Under the pieces are notes generated by a model. It searched no databases, had not been told where the DNA came from, and saw only the letters and a list, made by a program, of their open reading frames with translations. Of a DNA stretch of 64,000 bases, positions 44,710-58,812 are shown piece by piece. Source of the stretch: Eledone cirrhosa (lineage: Eukaryota); assembly GCA_964016885.1 (NCBI GenBank), contig OZ024747.1, forward strand, positions 33,666,001 to 33,730,000, given 5' to 3'. Both the position numbers and the translations under genes were made by a program. The first letter of the stretch is position 1, and each line of letters opens with the position of its first letter.

Positions 44710-45367
44710 TATCACGATAAATTAATGGAGGCATAGGCCCTCGCAATTCCCTGTAAATAATGTGCTCAAAGAAGAAGAGATCCAGAGCTCTTTAAAATAC
44801 AATCTGTTGAAAAGGTAACACACCAGAGAAAGATATACAGTGCGTTATCCACAATACAGGGAAAAAACAACCAGTGTATGGAATCTATAACCTATGAAAG
44901 ACAGACTATAGACACGATAATTAAAAATATAAATTAAAGCGTAAATAAATACCTCTATAACTATAAAACGCACATACAATTCCAAAGATATGTTTCACCA
45001 ATAATTGGTTTAAAGAAATTGGTTAGTCTCGGTTCCTTAGTTTGTGTAAGGCTATACATTTCAGACAACACTGAGAGAATTTTAAAATTGACTGTCCAGC
45101 TACACGTGGGAGAGAGAAGTCACATCGTGTTTAAGGCAGTGAACCAGTTGCCTCTGAGGGACGAAATGCTAGAAAGGGCAGCCCAAAGCCACTCAGAGAA
45201 GTGTGCTCAACCAAACAGAGCTAGGAAAGACTGTTATTAGGAGCGAAATATCACGATAACCTATGAAAGTCAGACTATAGACACGATAATTAAAAATATA
45301 AATTAAGGCGTAAATAAATAACTCTATAACTATAAAACACACGTACAAATCCAAAGATATGTTTCAT
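44710..45367 (-). mobile_element. 655-bp HHR-bearing element, copy 2
   Basis: Near identical to 11917-12571 with the same ends. Confidence 0.85.
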
Positions 45368-45370
45368 ATA

Positions 45371-45419
<49 letters not shown>

Positions 45420-45693
45420 GTATATATATATATATATATAATATATATATATCTATATATATATATATAATATGTATATATCTATATATATATATATATA
45501 ATATGTATATATATATATATCGTATATGTATATATATATATAATATGTATATATATATATTTATATATATATATATATATATAATTATATATATATATAT
45601 ATATATAATTATATATATATATATATATATAATTATATATATATTTATATATATATATATATATATAATATGTATATATATATATATAATATG

Positions 45694-45729
<36 letters not shown>

Positions 45730-45751
45730 ATTATATATATATATATATCAT

Positions 45752-45783
<32 letters not shown>

Positions 45784-45831
45784 GTATATATATATAATAT
45801 GTATATATATATATATATGTATATATATATA

Positions 45832-45862
<31 letters not shown>

Positions 45863-45888
45863 ATATGTATATATATATATATAATATG

Positions 45889-45956
<68 letters not shown>

Positions 45957-46145
45957 ATTATATGTATATATATAATATGTATATATATATATATATAATT
46001 ATATATATATATACATATATATATATAATTATATATATATATATAATATGTATATATATATAATATGTATATATATATATTTATATAATATGTATATATA
46101 TATATATAATATGTATATATATATATATGTAATATGTATATATAT

Positions 46146-46218
<73 letters not shown>

Positions 46219-46233
46219 ATATATATATATATA

Positions 46234-46308
<75 letters not shown>

Positions 46309-46432
46309 ATATGTATATATATATATATATATATAATATGCATATATATATATATGATACGTATATATATATATATATATAATATGTATATATATATATA
46401 TATATAATATGTATATATATATCTATAATATG

Positions 46433-46527
<95 letters not shown>

Positions 46528-46592
46528 GTATATATATATACATATATACATATATGTATATATATATAATATGTATATATATATAATATGTA

Positions 46593-46643
<51 letters not shown>

Positions 46644-46671
46644 TATATATATATATAATATGTATATATAT

Positions 46672-47990
46672 ACCATTAATAACAAAAAACAAATCCTCCA
46701 TTATGACAAACCCATGACTTACAAACATCTGATCCACCGAAACTCGGCCGTTTCGGACCATACCAAAATCAACATACTGATTGCGGATGTGGTACGTGTG
46801 ATAAGAAACGTGTCCCGCATGTGCAACCCCGAAGAACTAGAGAGACACATACAACACTTCATCCACCGTATGCAGTTCTCTGGTTACAATCAGAGAGATA
46901 AACTCAGAGTGTATACAGGAGCCAGAACCAAATGGGAAAAAATGGTAAATAATGACATGAATGGGACCTGCCACTTGTATAGGAGCAAATTTTGTAATAG
47001 AATAGAAAGAACTAGGAACAAGGCTAATAGAATAAACTCATGGTATGATAGCAATAAATACCAGAGTGTAATGTTCATCGATACAACCCCTAGAGGTGAA
47101 TTAGCTTACAAATTTAGAAGGGCCCTATATAAACATAAACTCAATATTAAGATAGTAGGAAGACCAGGTACCTCCGTAAAAACACTTATTAGCAAGACAT
47201 ACCCTTCTCAAAGACCCTCTTGTATAGATAAGAAATGTATAACCTGTAAAATATTAACTGTAAATCTAGAAATGTAGTGTATAGCATAAGATGTACTGAA
47301 GGACAATGTAGAGACAAAAATATAGTGTACATAGGTGAGACAGCTCGAAGTGTAGGGGAACGGATAAATGAACACTGGCGAGACCTTCAAGATAGTAAAG
47401 AATAATCTGTACTCTACCAACATGCTAAAATAGAACACAAGGGTAAATTAGAGAACATAGAAATAAAAATAGAATCTACACACAGAAAAGACACAATGTT
47501 TAGACAAATCACAAAGGCAATAAACATAAAAGAATTACAACCAAAATTAAATAGAAAATATGAGTGGAACAGCAACATCACAACTTACAATTAAGGACAA
47601 AATGAAAACACACACACTCATAGAACAAACAACCAACCAGTAACATGTAAATAAACAAATAAATAAATGAACATAAACACACACAGACACCGGATGTGGC
47701 GCATGCGCAGACTGAGCACACAACACACACACAGAAACAAAATGGCGTAGGACAGAACAAAGGAGAGGCACAAAAAACAAAGGAAAGAAAAGAATCCCCA
47801 GTCACTGAAGAGGTCACAGAGTGTGTGACGAAAGAATTATGACAATATATAAACAACTATCTGCTTGTGGAACCGACCAACCAACCAGAAATTTATAAAT
47901 TTATAAATTTATTATAATAAATTGAAGTGAACGCAACTGGTGCGTGTGTTTCTTATTGGCAACATGACCCTCCCAAAGTATAACAATATA
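46672..47990 (+). mobile_element. 5'-truncated, degraded copy of PLE family G (thumb, GIY-YIG, pLTR)
   Basis: Track ORF 46588-47277 matches the C-terminal part of 58813-60864; the 3' UTR matches 58306-58812. Confidence 0.92.
47801..47843 (+). ncRNA. Minimal hammerhead ribozyme, family G
   Basis: GTCA-CTGAAGA-G GTCAC AGAGTGT GTGAC-GAAA-GAAT-TA-TGAC. Confidence 0.8.
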
Positions 47991-47993
47991 TAC

Positions 47994-48121
<128 letters not shown>

Positions 48122-48202
48122 GTATATATTGTTATACTTTGGGAGGGTCATGTTGCCAATAAGAAACACACGCACCAGTTGTTTCACTTCAATTTATTAT
48201 AA

Positions 48203-48545
48203 TACAGAAAATAAAGAAAATCTATTCCTTAACAAATTTAAACCAAAACTAAACGGGTTATCACCCCAATAGAATTGTCATAAAATATAAACACACATAC
48301 GCACAGAATCACTACTATTAAAGACCAGAGACCAATTCTGTAGAATCAGGTTTATTCGTTGACAGACCATGCCTTTGTGTGACCAACACATCCATGTTAA
48401 ACCCTGCACGTGCACACACATATATCTATATATATATATGCGCACACAGAATTCACCACTGTCGGTTGCGGGGCCCAATCTACATGAACATGAAGAACTC
48501 AATGTGATCAGAATGACTTGTATTTTAACTTCACTGTCCCAACTT
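48203..48545 (+). pseudogene. Short remnant of a Neptune-like GIY-YIG C-terminus and 3' UTR
   Basis: [17 protein letters not shown] resembles KEKNFIDKFIPKLN of element A. Confidence 0.55.
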
Positions 48546-48704
48546 CTTATATTATGGAAAAAATATATGTGTATATATATATATATTTGGAGGCCATTTC
48601 TCTGTCTGTGGGTGTATGTATGTGTATATGTGTGTGTGTGTGTGTATGTGTGTATGTATATGTATGTGTGTGTGTATGTATGTGTGTATATGTATATATA
48701 TATA

Positions 48705-49435
48705 TCATCATCATCATCATCAACGTTTAACGTCCGTGTTCCACGCTTGCATTGGTTTGGACGGGGGTAGTCCCACTTGAGGCAAGATTGATTTTCTTGC
48801 TCGCATAGGACTATCTGGCAGGTTTTCTACAGTTGGATGCCCTTCCTAACACCAACCACATTTACAGTGTGGGTCTGGGAGGTTTTTACCGTGCTGCCTA
48901 CACGGCCAGCGTGGACTGTGTGTTTTTTTGTCGTGACACCTACACGATCTCATTTGTTTCGGCCTGGATGGCGCGGCACCAACATAACTTTACATAGAAC
49001 GGGGTGGGGGTGGTGGTGGTGGGACGGGGTGTATTTTGTTAGAGATGCCTACTGGCAAGGCGGGTCTTCTCTATTACTGAGTACCGCCAAAGGTCTCGGT
49101 CCAGTGACATTGTCTTGGTGAGGTGTAAGTGTGTGAGGTCGGAGTTTATCAGCTCGTCCCAGGTTTTTCTGGGTCTGCCTATTCCGTGGCTACCGTCTAT
49201 CTTTATTGCCCTGCACTTTGTTATACAGCTATCATCCTTCATGCGCATCACGTGACCATAACAACGTAGCCTTCTCTCTAGTAAACAACATCTGATCCCT
49301 CTTATTTCTAATTTTTTCCTTAGTTCGTTTATGCTTTGTCGTTCACGTATATTACTATTATACATCCAGCGGAGCATGCAAGCTTCGTTTCTCTCTAGTC
49401 TGCGTATATCCTCTGCACACAATGCCCAGGTCTCA
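48705..49435 (-). mobile_element. RTE-clade LINE 3' fragment with 3' UTR and (GAT)n tail
   Basis: ETWAL...LERNEACMLRWM...RRLRCYGHVMRM...GRPRKTW...DRDLWR, followed by a UTR ending in (ATC)n at 48705-48722. Confidence 0.9.
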
Positions 49436-49976
49436 ATATATATATATATATATATGTATATGTGGATGTATATGTATATGTATGTATGTGTGGATGAAGG
49501 TATGTGTGTATATATAGGTGTAAGTGCACTAAATCCCTTTCTATCACGCTCCACTCTCCTACCCACCACAGGAAGATATATGTATGTATATTGCTTCCAC
49601 CCCCTCACTGACCAGCAGCTGGCCAGTTGGCCATTGCTAAATCTGACCTTTATAAAATAACCCACACCCCAAATAACTTCTCATTCACTACCAGAAAGGG
49701 ACACAGCAGTCACATTATTGTTGCTACCTAGATGAAAACTACTATGAAATCCCACAATGAATTTTATACTTGAATTTTCAAATCTCAAGTTTTAACTCTT
49801 CGTATTATTAATTTTTCTTAATATTAATCAACATTTGAAAAGATGGCTTTTGCAGACCCATCGAAACCGGTCAGTTTTTATACCCTTTATTATTTCCTTA
49901 CCTTATAAAAATATATGTTTTTTCACAAAAAAGTATTCTATCTCTTATATATTCCATGTGCCATTACCAACCTCAA

Positions 49977-50070
<94 letters not shown>

Positions 50071-50125
50071 AATATGTATTTATATATATATAATATGTAT
50101 ATATATATATAATATGTATATATAT

Positions 50126-50220
<95 letters not shown>

Positions 50221-50274
50221 TAAAAAAATAATGAATAAAACAATGAAACAGTTCCTTATATTAAACAAAAAAAG

Positions 50275-50428
50275 TTCATTATTTAACGATCGTTTCTAGG
50301 ATATATATGTGTTAGAATTGGCATGCATATTCAACAGATCTATGTACAAAATTATACAAAATTATACAAACTATCAAAATTAAATATACATACCAACACA
50401 TATATATGCCGTCTTCAGAAATAATGAA
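50275..50428 (-). ncRNA. Hammerhead ribozyme with extended stem II (element F pLTR)
   Basis: Minus strand TTCATTATTT-CTGAAGA-CGGCATATATATGTGTTGG...CTAACACATATATATCCTA-GAAA-CGATCG-TT-AAATAATGAA; 10-bp stem I. Confidence 0.85.
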
Positions 50429-51332
50429 ATATATTTATTGATAATAACAACAATTCAAAATTACAGGTCTGTTTGGGAACAGAGTTCAAATTGACCAATG
50501 AAAACACAAAAAGTTTATACAGTTAGGTGTGTGTATATATGTAAGTAACTTCGTTCACAGATATGCATAAAAATATATGTTCACATGCATACGCATGCCG
50601 AAAAGATGTGTGTAAAAATACAAAAATTCAAGGCTAATGTCTCTGTATGTTTATAATCTACAGATAAAATACGTATACGCATATAAACATATAAATATAA
50701 AAATAAATATATACACACGTTCATATACTCACACATATACGTACATTCACACACACACGCGCGTATACGCATAAACATACACACAACCACGAACATACAT
50801 ACACACACACACCCCCACGCACATATATGTGCATATACTATTATCATAAGCATATGAACATTAATGCGCGCACATAAACACTGCCACACATATTTAGATC
50901 CAGATACAGAAAGTAGGTGGGGGGGGGGGAGAGGTCAGTATTTAGCGGTGTCAGCAAACTGCCTATTTATAAATGTATCTATAAATTTAGAAATAAAAAG
51001 AAAAAGAAAAAAGAAATATATTAAGAAAATATATATATATATATATATATATAAACAAGTAAAATATAAAATATACATCGATATACATACATATACATAT
51101 ATATATATATATATATATACATACATATACATACATATACATACACATATACATAAACACATACATACACATACATATACATACACACACCATATAAATA
51201 CACATACACATACACGCACGCATACATATAGAGACACATACATATACACATATAAATACATAGCCATATACACATATACACACATATATATATAAACATA
51301 CACACATACATATATATGTATATACATTCACA

Positions 51333-51370
<38 letters not shown>

Positions 51371-51460
51371 CTACACACATATATAAACACACTCATGTAT
51401 TTACACTCATACACATACATACCCACACATATATATATATATATACATATATATACATAT

Positions 51461-51515
<55 letters not shown>

Positions 51516-51910
51516 CATACATACACACATATACACATACACATATACAAAGATATATATACATACACACACACATATAATAAATATATATATATATATA
51601 TATACATATATACACACATATATATACATACATACACACACATACATACTCATACATAGACATACATATATACACACATACATACACACATACATATACG
51701 CATATATACACATACATACGCATCCATGTATGCGTATATACATACAAACACCACCACACGCTCACACAACTCAGACATACATAAATAAAGGGATATACAT
51801 ACACATATATACATATATAAATAGAGATACATATACACATATAAATATATACACACGTACACACACACACACACATACATACACATACATACACACATAC
51901 ATATATATAT

Positions 51911-52018
<108 letters not shown>

Positions 52019-52129
52019 TTATATATATACATATATATAAAAAAATAAAGAAATAAAATAAATAAATAAATAAATAAATTAATACACACAGTCAGACAAA
52101 TATGCACACACATACATATACACATATAT

Positions 52130-52184
<55 letters not shown>

Positions 52185-52228
52185 CATATACATACATGTA
52201 TATATACACATACACACATCAACTACAA

Positions 52229-52278
<50 letters not shown>

Positions 52279-52374
52279 TCACATATACATGCGCACATAC
52301 GTACATATATACACATATACACATATACACATAGACGTATACATGTGCATAGATATACCCACATAAATACATAG

Positions 52375-52423
<49 letters not shown>

Positions 52424-52729
52424 CACACATATATATATATATATACACACAATCATACACCCTTATTTACATGCGCACATATGTATTTTTATACTCACAT
52501 ACAAACACCCAAACATACATACCTACCTACATATACATACATACATCCACGCTTACAAATACAAATAATAATAGGGGGGAGGGGGGGGGAGGGGATTATA
52601 GTAAATATAGGTTTCAAGAAACATAGAATATTAATCTGCATTTAGATCATAATATGTGTTTACATAGTAGTTTCAGTATTAGGAAATGTAAGAAAGAAGG
52701 CAAAATTATGCATTTTAATATAAGTAGAC

Positions 52730-53102
52730 TATTAATTATAGGTTAACTAAATTAAAGATAGTTAATATATTGATTTCTAAGGTGTATACTACTTAGGTTT
52801 ATAATATTTGAAGCGGAATTTTGAAGTTAAATAGTAGTAGAGTATTAATTATAGTATAAATAAATTAAAATTATTAACGTTATGGTATCAATATTAGGAA
52901 ATGAATTTAGTAATAGGGAAAAAAACAAATAAAGTATTACATCGGTAGTAGAATATAAATTATAGGTTAACTAAATTAAAAATTATATATTAATTTCTAT
53001 AGTATATGTTAATTAGGTTTATAATAATTAAAACAGATATTGTATTTTATCTATAGTAGAATATAATTATAGGTAAACAGAAATTAAAATTAATACATAC
53101 AC

Positions 53103-53159
<57 letters not shown>

Positions 53160-53610
53160 TATACATACATATACATATTTTTTCAAAAATTGCAAAGAAT
53201 ATATTAACTAGGTATACATCCAAAACCTATCTCAGTCTATGATTACATGACACTCTGCAATCCATCTGTATTAGGATATTAATTTTAAGCCAATTAAATT
53301 AAATTTTTAGGTTAACCAAATTTAAAACCAAATTATAAATATATTTCTAAAATGTACATTAATTAGGTCTATAATATTAAAAATTATTTCTCTGTCATTG
53401 AATACACGATATTTTGTTATATTTTATCTGTAAAGGAATTTTAATAAAAGGTTAAATAAATTAAAATTAATCTATAAATTAATTTACGAAGTATATATTA
53501 GTAATATTTAAAAGTTTTTCACAATTTATGATTACACAATATTTTATAATCTCATCTGTAGTAGAATTTTAATTAAATTAAATTTATAGGTTAACTAACA
53601 TTTAAATTAA
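52730..53610. repeat. Degenerate AT-rich tandem repeat in element F 3' region
   Basis: AATTATAGGTTAACTAAATTAAA-like motif recurs at about 52735, 52958, 53066, 53305 and 53582. Confidence 0.6.
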
Positions 53611-53639
53611 ATTATATATTAATTTCTAAAATAATGTTA

Positions 53640-55276
53640 TTAATTAGGTTTATAATATTTAAATGTTTTTCTTAGTTTATGATTACACGATATAATTAAT
53701 TCCTGTCGTTTATTTAATAGGATATCCTTAGATTTCATTATTTCAAATAGTTCTTGGGAACATAATCTACATTCATTTCTATTATTTTGATAAGGGGTGG
53801 CTCTTTTGAGCACACTCCAGGTCATATCATATTCTATATTCTTATTTTTATAACTATTGATTTTTTCTGCTAGAGATGTTGTATTAGCCAGTGCGGCATT
53901 TTTAAAACTATGTTTGTGGGTATTAAACCTTACCTTAAAATTGTTAGAAGTAGCTCCTATATATGAGCAAATAGAATCTTTAGTTTTAACATTACATTTA
54001 TAAACTATGTTGTTAACAAGACAATTTCCTTTTAATGGGCAGTTTGCTTTGTTTCTACACTTACAACCTTTCGTTAATTCTGTATTTGAGGAGATATTAT
54101 GGTTAGTTTGATGTATTGGTGGTATACTTATGGTATTCTTACATTTATATGCATTATAGGCACTTATATTTTGTTTTATGTTATTTGTTGTTGAGTATGA
54201 GAATTTAACTGTAGACCTATTTAAGATTTGATGGTATTTGTGGTTTGGCGGGAAGTTTTTCTCTAGGATATAAAAAAATTTTTTAGCAATATTATCCTTA
54301 ATTTGTAAATTAAATGGAGCATTATACCAAGTAACTCGTCTATTACGGTTTCTATGTTGTTTATTATTTTTATAGGTTGTATCGTGATGTTTACTAGGAG
54401 GATTAATGTTAATGATCTCACCACGCACATTTTTAGTTAGATTTGTAGATTTAGGTGTTTTATCTTGTTTATTAGGAGTTTTATTATTAACATTTATTAG
54501 AGCTGTATGATGAGTAGTTTTTTGAGAGTTACTATACTTTATATTAGAAGAGTTGTTGGTATTTTGGGGTGGCATTTAGGTGTGTACTTTTCATTTGGTG
54601 TTTGTTGGTAATATTAGGTTGTATGTTTATAGTATTTTTAGTAGAAGATATATATTCTAATCTATTTTTGTGGCCACTTCTATCTAGAGCTTCGTTATAG
54701 AAGGTCGCATTTTTATCAAATACATCTTGGTTAGAAGAAAGGTTAGACATTCTAAGTGATATATTATATGCAAGGTTTTTAAGGATAGATTTAGGGTGAT
54801 TAGATTGTGAGTGTATGTAGTGTAAGTTTTGGTTGGGTTTATGGTAAGGTTGGTAGATACCCGTAGCTAAGTCTAAAGTTATATCTAGGAAATTTACTAC
54901 TTTACTTGTTTTTTCAAAAGTAATATGAAGACTATAATAGTCTTTAAGGAAAGTTCTAATATGCTTTTTGTTTTTTTCTATTTCTGAAAGGCTAAGGTTG
55001 TTGGAAAGAAGAAGACAGTCATCACGATATAAACCACCTTTAAGGTGGGGAACGGAGGCATTTATGTTGAAAAGGAGAAAGAGGCCCACAAGATCAGTAA
55101 TTTGGGCGGAATCGCTTGAACCCATAGTAATATCAAATAGATTACTATATGTGTTTCTGGTCCAGTATTCATTCTGAAATTCAATAAGTGTTAGTCTAGC
55201 ATGTGTAATAATATTAATGTCATCCAAAGTTAAGTTAGATCTATTTTTAGCAAATATCAATGCTTTGTTCAGGAGT
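53640..55276 (-). pseudogene. Element F RT + GIY-YIG, 5'-truncated, frameshift near 54570
   Basis: Track ORFs 54544-55260 (FDITMGSSDSAQITDLVG, GGLYRDD) and 53640-54575 (CKCRNKANCPLKGNCL, SYIGAT..FKVRF..H, CRLC..E). Confidence 0.92.
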
Positions 55277-55646
55277 ACTTTTTGTGTTTAATATAAGGAA
55301 CTGTTTCATTGTTTTATTCATTATTTTTTTAATATTTTATCTTGACTCTGTATTCCGTTTATCTTTCACCGTAAGTGATTTTTCATTGCATCTCTTCTTT
55401 CCATGATATCCGGATTACATTGAGTTCTTCATACGGATTGGATACTACCGTAAACTCTTGGTAGATTTATCTACATATATATATATATATATATATATAA
55501 TATGTATATATATATATAATATGTATATATATATATAATATGTATATATATATATAATATATATATATATATATTATGTATATATATATATATATATATA
55601 TTATGTATATATATATATATATATATATAATATGTATATATATATA

Positions 55647-55742
<96 letters not shown>

Positions 55743-55761
55743 GTATATATATATATATATA

Positions 55762-55808
<47 letters not shown>

Positions 55809-55892
55809 ATATGTATATATATATATATATATATATAATATGTATATAAATATCTATAATATGTATATATATATATCTATAATATGTATATA

Positions 55893-56048
55893 TGTAAATC
55901 AGCAGGAGGGCTCAAGCGACATGCAGAAGTACACGAACTCCAACCACAGCCGACTATTCCCAGTGAATGTTTTGGTTGCCGACTCTGTGCAAGACATTTT
56001 AGATCATTGGCTGGGCTAAAAAGCCACATTCGATCGCAGCACTGTTAG
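55893..56048 (+). pseudogene. Double C2H2 zinc-finger fragment, probably the C-terminus of an RTE-type LINE ORF
   Basis: Hand translation CKSAGGLKRHAEVH ELQPQPTIPSECFG CRLCARHFRSLAGLKSHIRSQHC*. Below the ORF-track cutoff. Confidence 0.7.
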
Positions 56049-56055
56049 TTGCTAT

Positions 56056-56092
<37 letters not shown>

Positions 56093-56275
56093 GCTTATGT
56101 GCGTGCGTGTGTGTGTATATATATATGAATATGTATATTATTATTGTTGTTGTCGTTATTATTATTATTGCTATTATTATTATTATTATTATTATTATTG
56201 TTATTAATGTATGTGTGTGTATGTGTGAGTATATGTGTATGTATATATGTGTGTATGTATATATATGTATATATA

Positions 56276-56323
<48 letters not shown>

Positions 56324-56341
56324 ATATGTATATATATAATA

Positions 56342-56394
<53 letters not shown>

Positions 56395-56468
56395 ATATTT
56401 ATATATATATATATAATATGTATATATATATATATATATAATATGTATATATAAGTATACATATATAC

Positions 56469-56551
<83 letters not shown>

Positions 56552-56605
56552 ATATGTATATATATATACATATATATAATATGTATATATATACATATAT
56601 ATATA

Positions 56606-56645
<40 letters not shown>

Positions 56646-57085
56646 GAATAATCGAGAATCGGAAAAACAGCCTACGAATTAACGATAAACAAATCCGATA
56701 TGTGTGGCAGAGGGCTCAATAATTTGGATAAATCAGAGCTATAACTATCGTTAAATTACCAACACATAGAGGTCATGCCTAAAATCACCCATACAGCCGA
56801 AAAAGAACGACCAGGAAGATTCGGGTCACTCAAATAAAATATCAATAAATCAATAAATTAAATGAATGTAAAAAACTTACCCGGACCCGCTCGAAGGATG
56901 TTAAATCTAGCTTCTTGGGTTTCTGCAATTCCTTAATCCAATCAATATCAGCCCACATAAAAAATATATGAGACTTCTAGAGAAGGGGGGGGACGCGGAA
57001 GAGCTTTTTCAACGGGAATTTCGTCTGAAAATGAAGAGAAGACCCTTAGCCAGAAAAGCACATGGTGCCCATATATATATATATA

Positions 57086-57130
<45 letters not shown>

Positions 57131-57248
57131 GTATATATATATTATGTATATATATATATATATATTATGTATATATATATATATAATATACATATATATA
57201 TATAATATGTATATATATATATATATATAATATGTATATATATATATT

Positions 57249-57294
<46 letters not shown>

Positions 57295-57301
<7 letters not shown>

Positions 57302-57952
57302 ATAAGTTAATGGAGGCATAGGCCCTCGCTATTCCCTGTAAATAATGTGCTCAAAGGAGAAGAGATCCTGAGCTCTTTAAAATACAATATGTTGAAAAGG
57401 TAACACACCAGAGAGAGATATACAGTGCGTTATCAATAATACAGGGAAAAAACCACCAGTGTATGGAATCTATAACCTATGAAAGGCAGACTATAGATAC
57501 GATAATTAAAAATATAAATTAAAGCGTAAATAAATACCTCTATAAATATATAACGCACATACAAATCCAAAGATATGTTTCACCAATAATTAGTTTAAAG
57601 AAATTGGTTAGTCTCGGTTCCTCAGTTTGTGTAAGGCTATACATTTCAGACAACACTGAGAGAATTTTAAAATTGACTGTCCAGCTACACGTGGGAGAGA
57701 GAAGTCACAGCGTATTTAAGGCAGTGAACCAGATGCCTCTGAGGGACGAAATGCTAGAAAGGGCAGCCCAAAGCCACTCAGAGAAGTGTGCTCAACCAAA
57801 CAGAGTTAGGAAAGACTGTTATTAGGAGCGAAATATCACGATAACCTATGAAAGTCAGACTATAGACACGATAATTAAAAATATAAATTAAGGCGTAAAT
57901 AAATAACTCTATAACTATAAAACACACGTACAAATCCAAAGATATGTTTCAT
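57295..57952 (-). mobile_element. 655-bp HHR-bearing element, copy 3
   Basis: Near identical to 11917-12571 with the same ends. Confidence 0.85.
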
Positions 57953-58049
57953 ATAATATGTATATATATATATATATATAATATGTATATATATATGTAT
58001 ATATCTCTATATATTTAATATGTATATATATATATATATATAGAATATG

Positions 58050-58117
<68 letters not shown>

Positions 58118-58189
58118 TATATATATATATATATATATATAATTATATATATATATATATATATAAAATATGTATATATATATAATATG

Positions 58190-58237
<48 letters not shown>

Positions 58238-58812
58238 TATATATATATTTCGTTTCTGAATTTGTTTAGCAAGATTCTTTATCTGAAATCGTGTGTTGAA
58301 ACCGATATTGTTATACTTTGGGAGGGTCATGTTGCCAATAAGAAACACACGCACCAGTTGCTTTCACTTCAATTTATTATATATTTATAAATTTATAAAT
58401 TTACAAATCTACAAACTTATAAATTTCTGGTTGGTTGGTTGGTTCCACAAACAGATAGTTGTTTATATATATAGTCATAGTCCTATCGTCACACACTCTG
58501 TGACCTCTTCAGTGACTGGGGATTCCTTTCTTCGTTTCTGTGCCTTTTCTTTCTTCTATCCTACGCCATTCTGTTTCTGTGTGTGTGTTGTGTGCTCAGT
58601 TTGCGCATGCGCCACATCCGGGGGTCTGTGTGTGTTTGTGTTCATTTTTCTATTTGTTTATTTATTTATTTATTTATTTATTTATTGTTGGTTGGTTGTT
58701 TGTTCTATGTGTGTGTGTGTGTTTTCATTTTGTCCTGTGTGTGTTTTCATTTTGTGTGTGTTTTCAATTGTAAGTTGTTTGTTCTATGTGTGTGTGTGTT
58801 TTCATTTTGTCC

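Noticed and set aside
45019-45240. 73-aa ORF shared by copies of the 655-bp element
   Set aside because: It has a non-ATG start, lies antisense to the candidate HHR and shows no domain; its conservation is explained by recent duplication.
49835-49872. HHR-like motif TTGAAAA-GATGG...CCATC-GAAA-CCGG-TC
   Set aside because: Stem II and the ACCGGT palindrome fit, but the CUGANGA core has two changes and stem I does not pair. It is probably a dead pLTR remnant and was not listed as a ribozyme.
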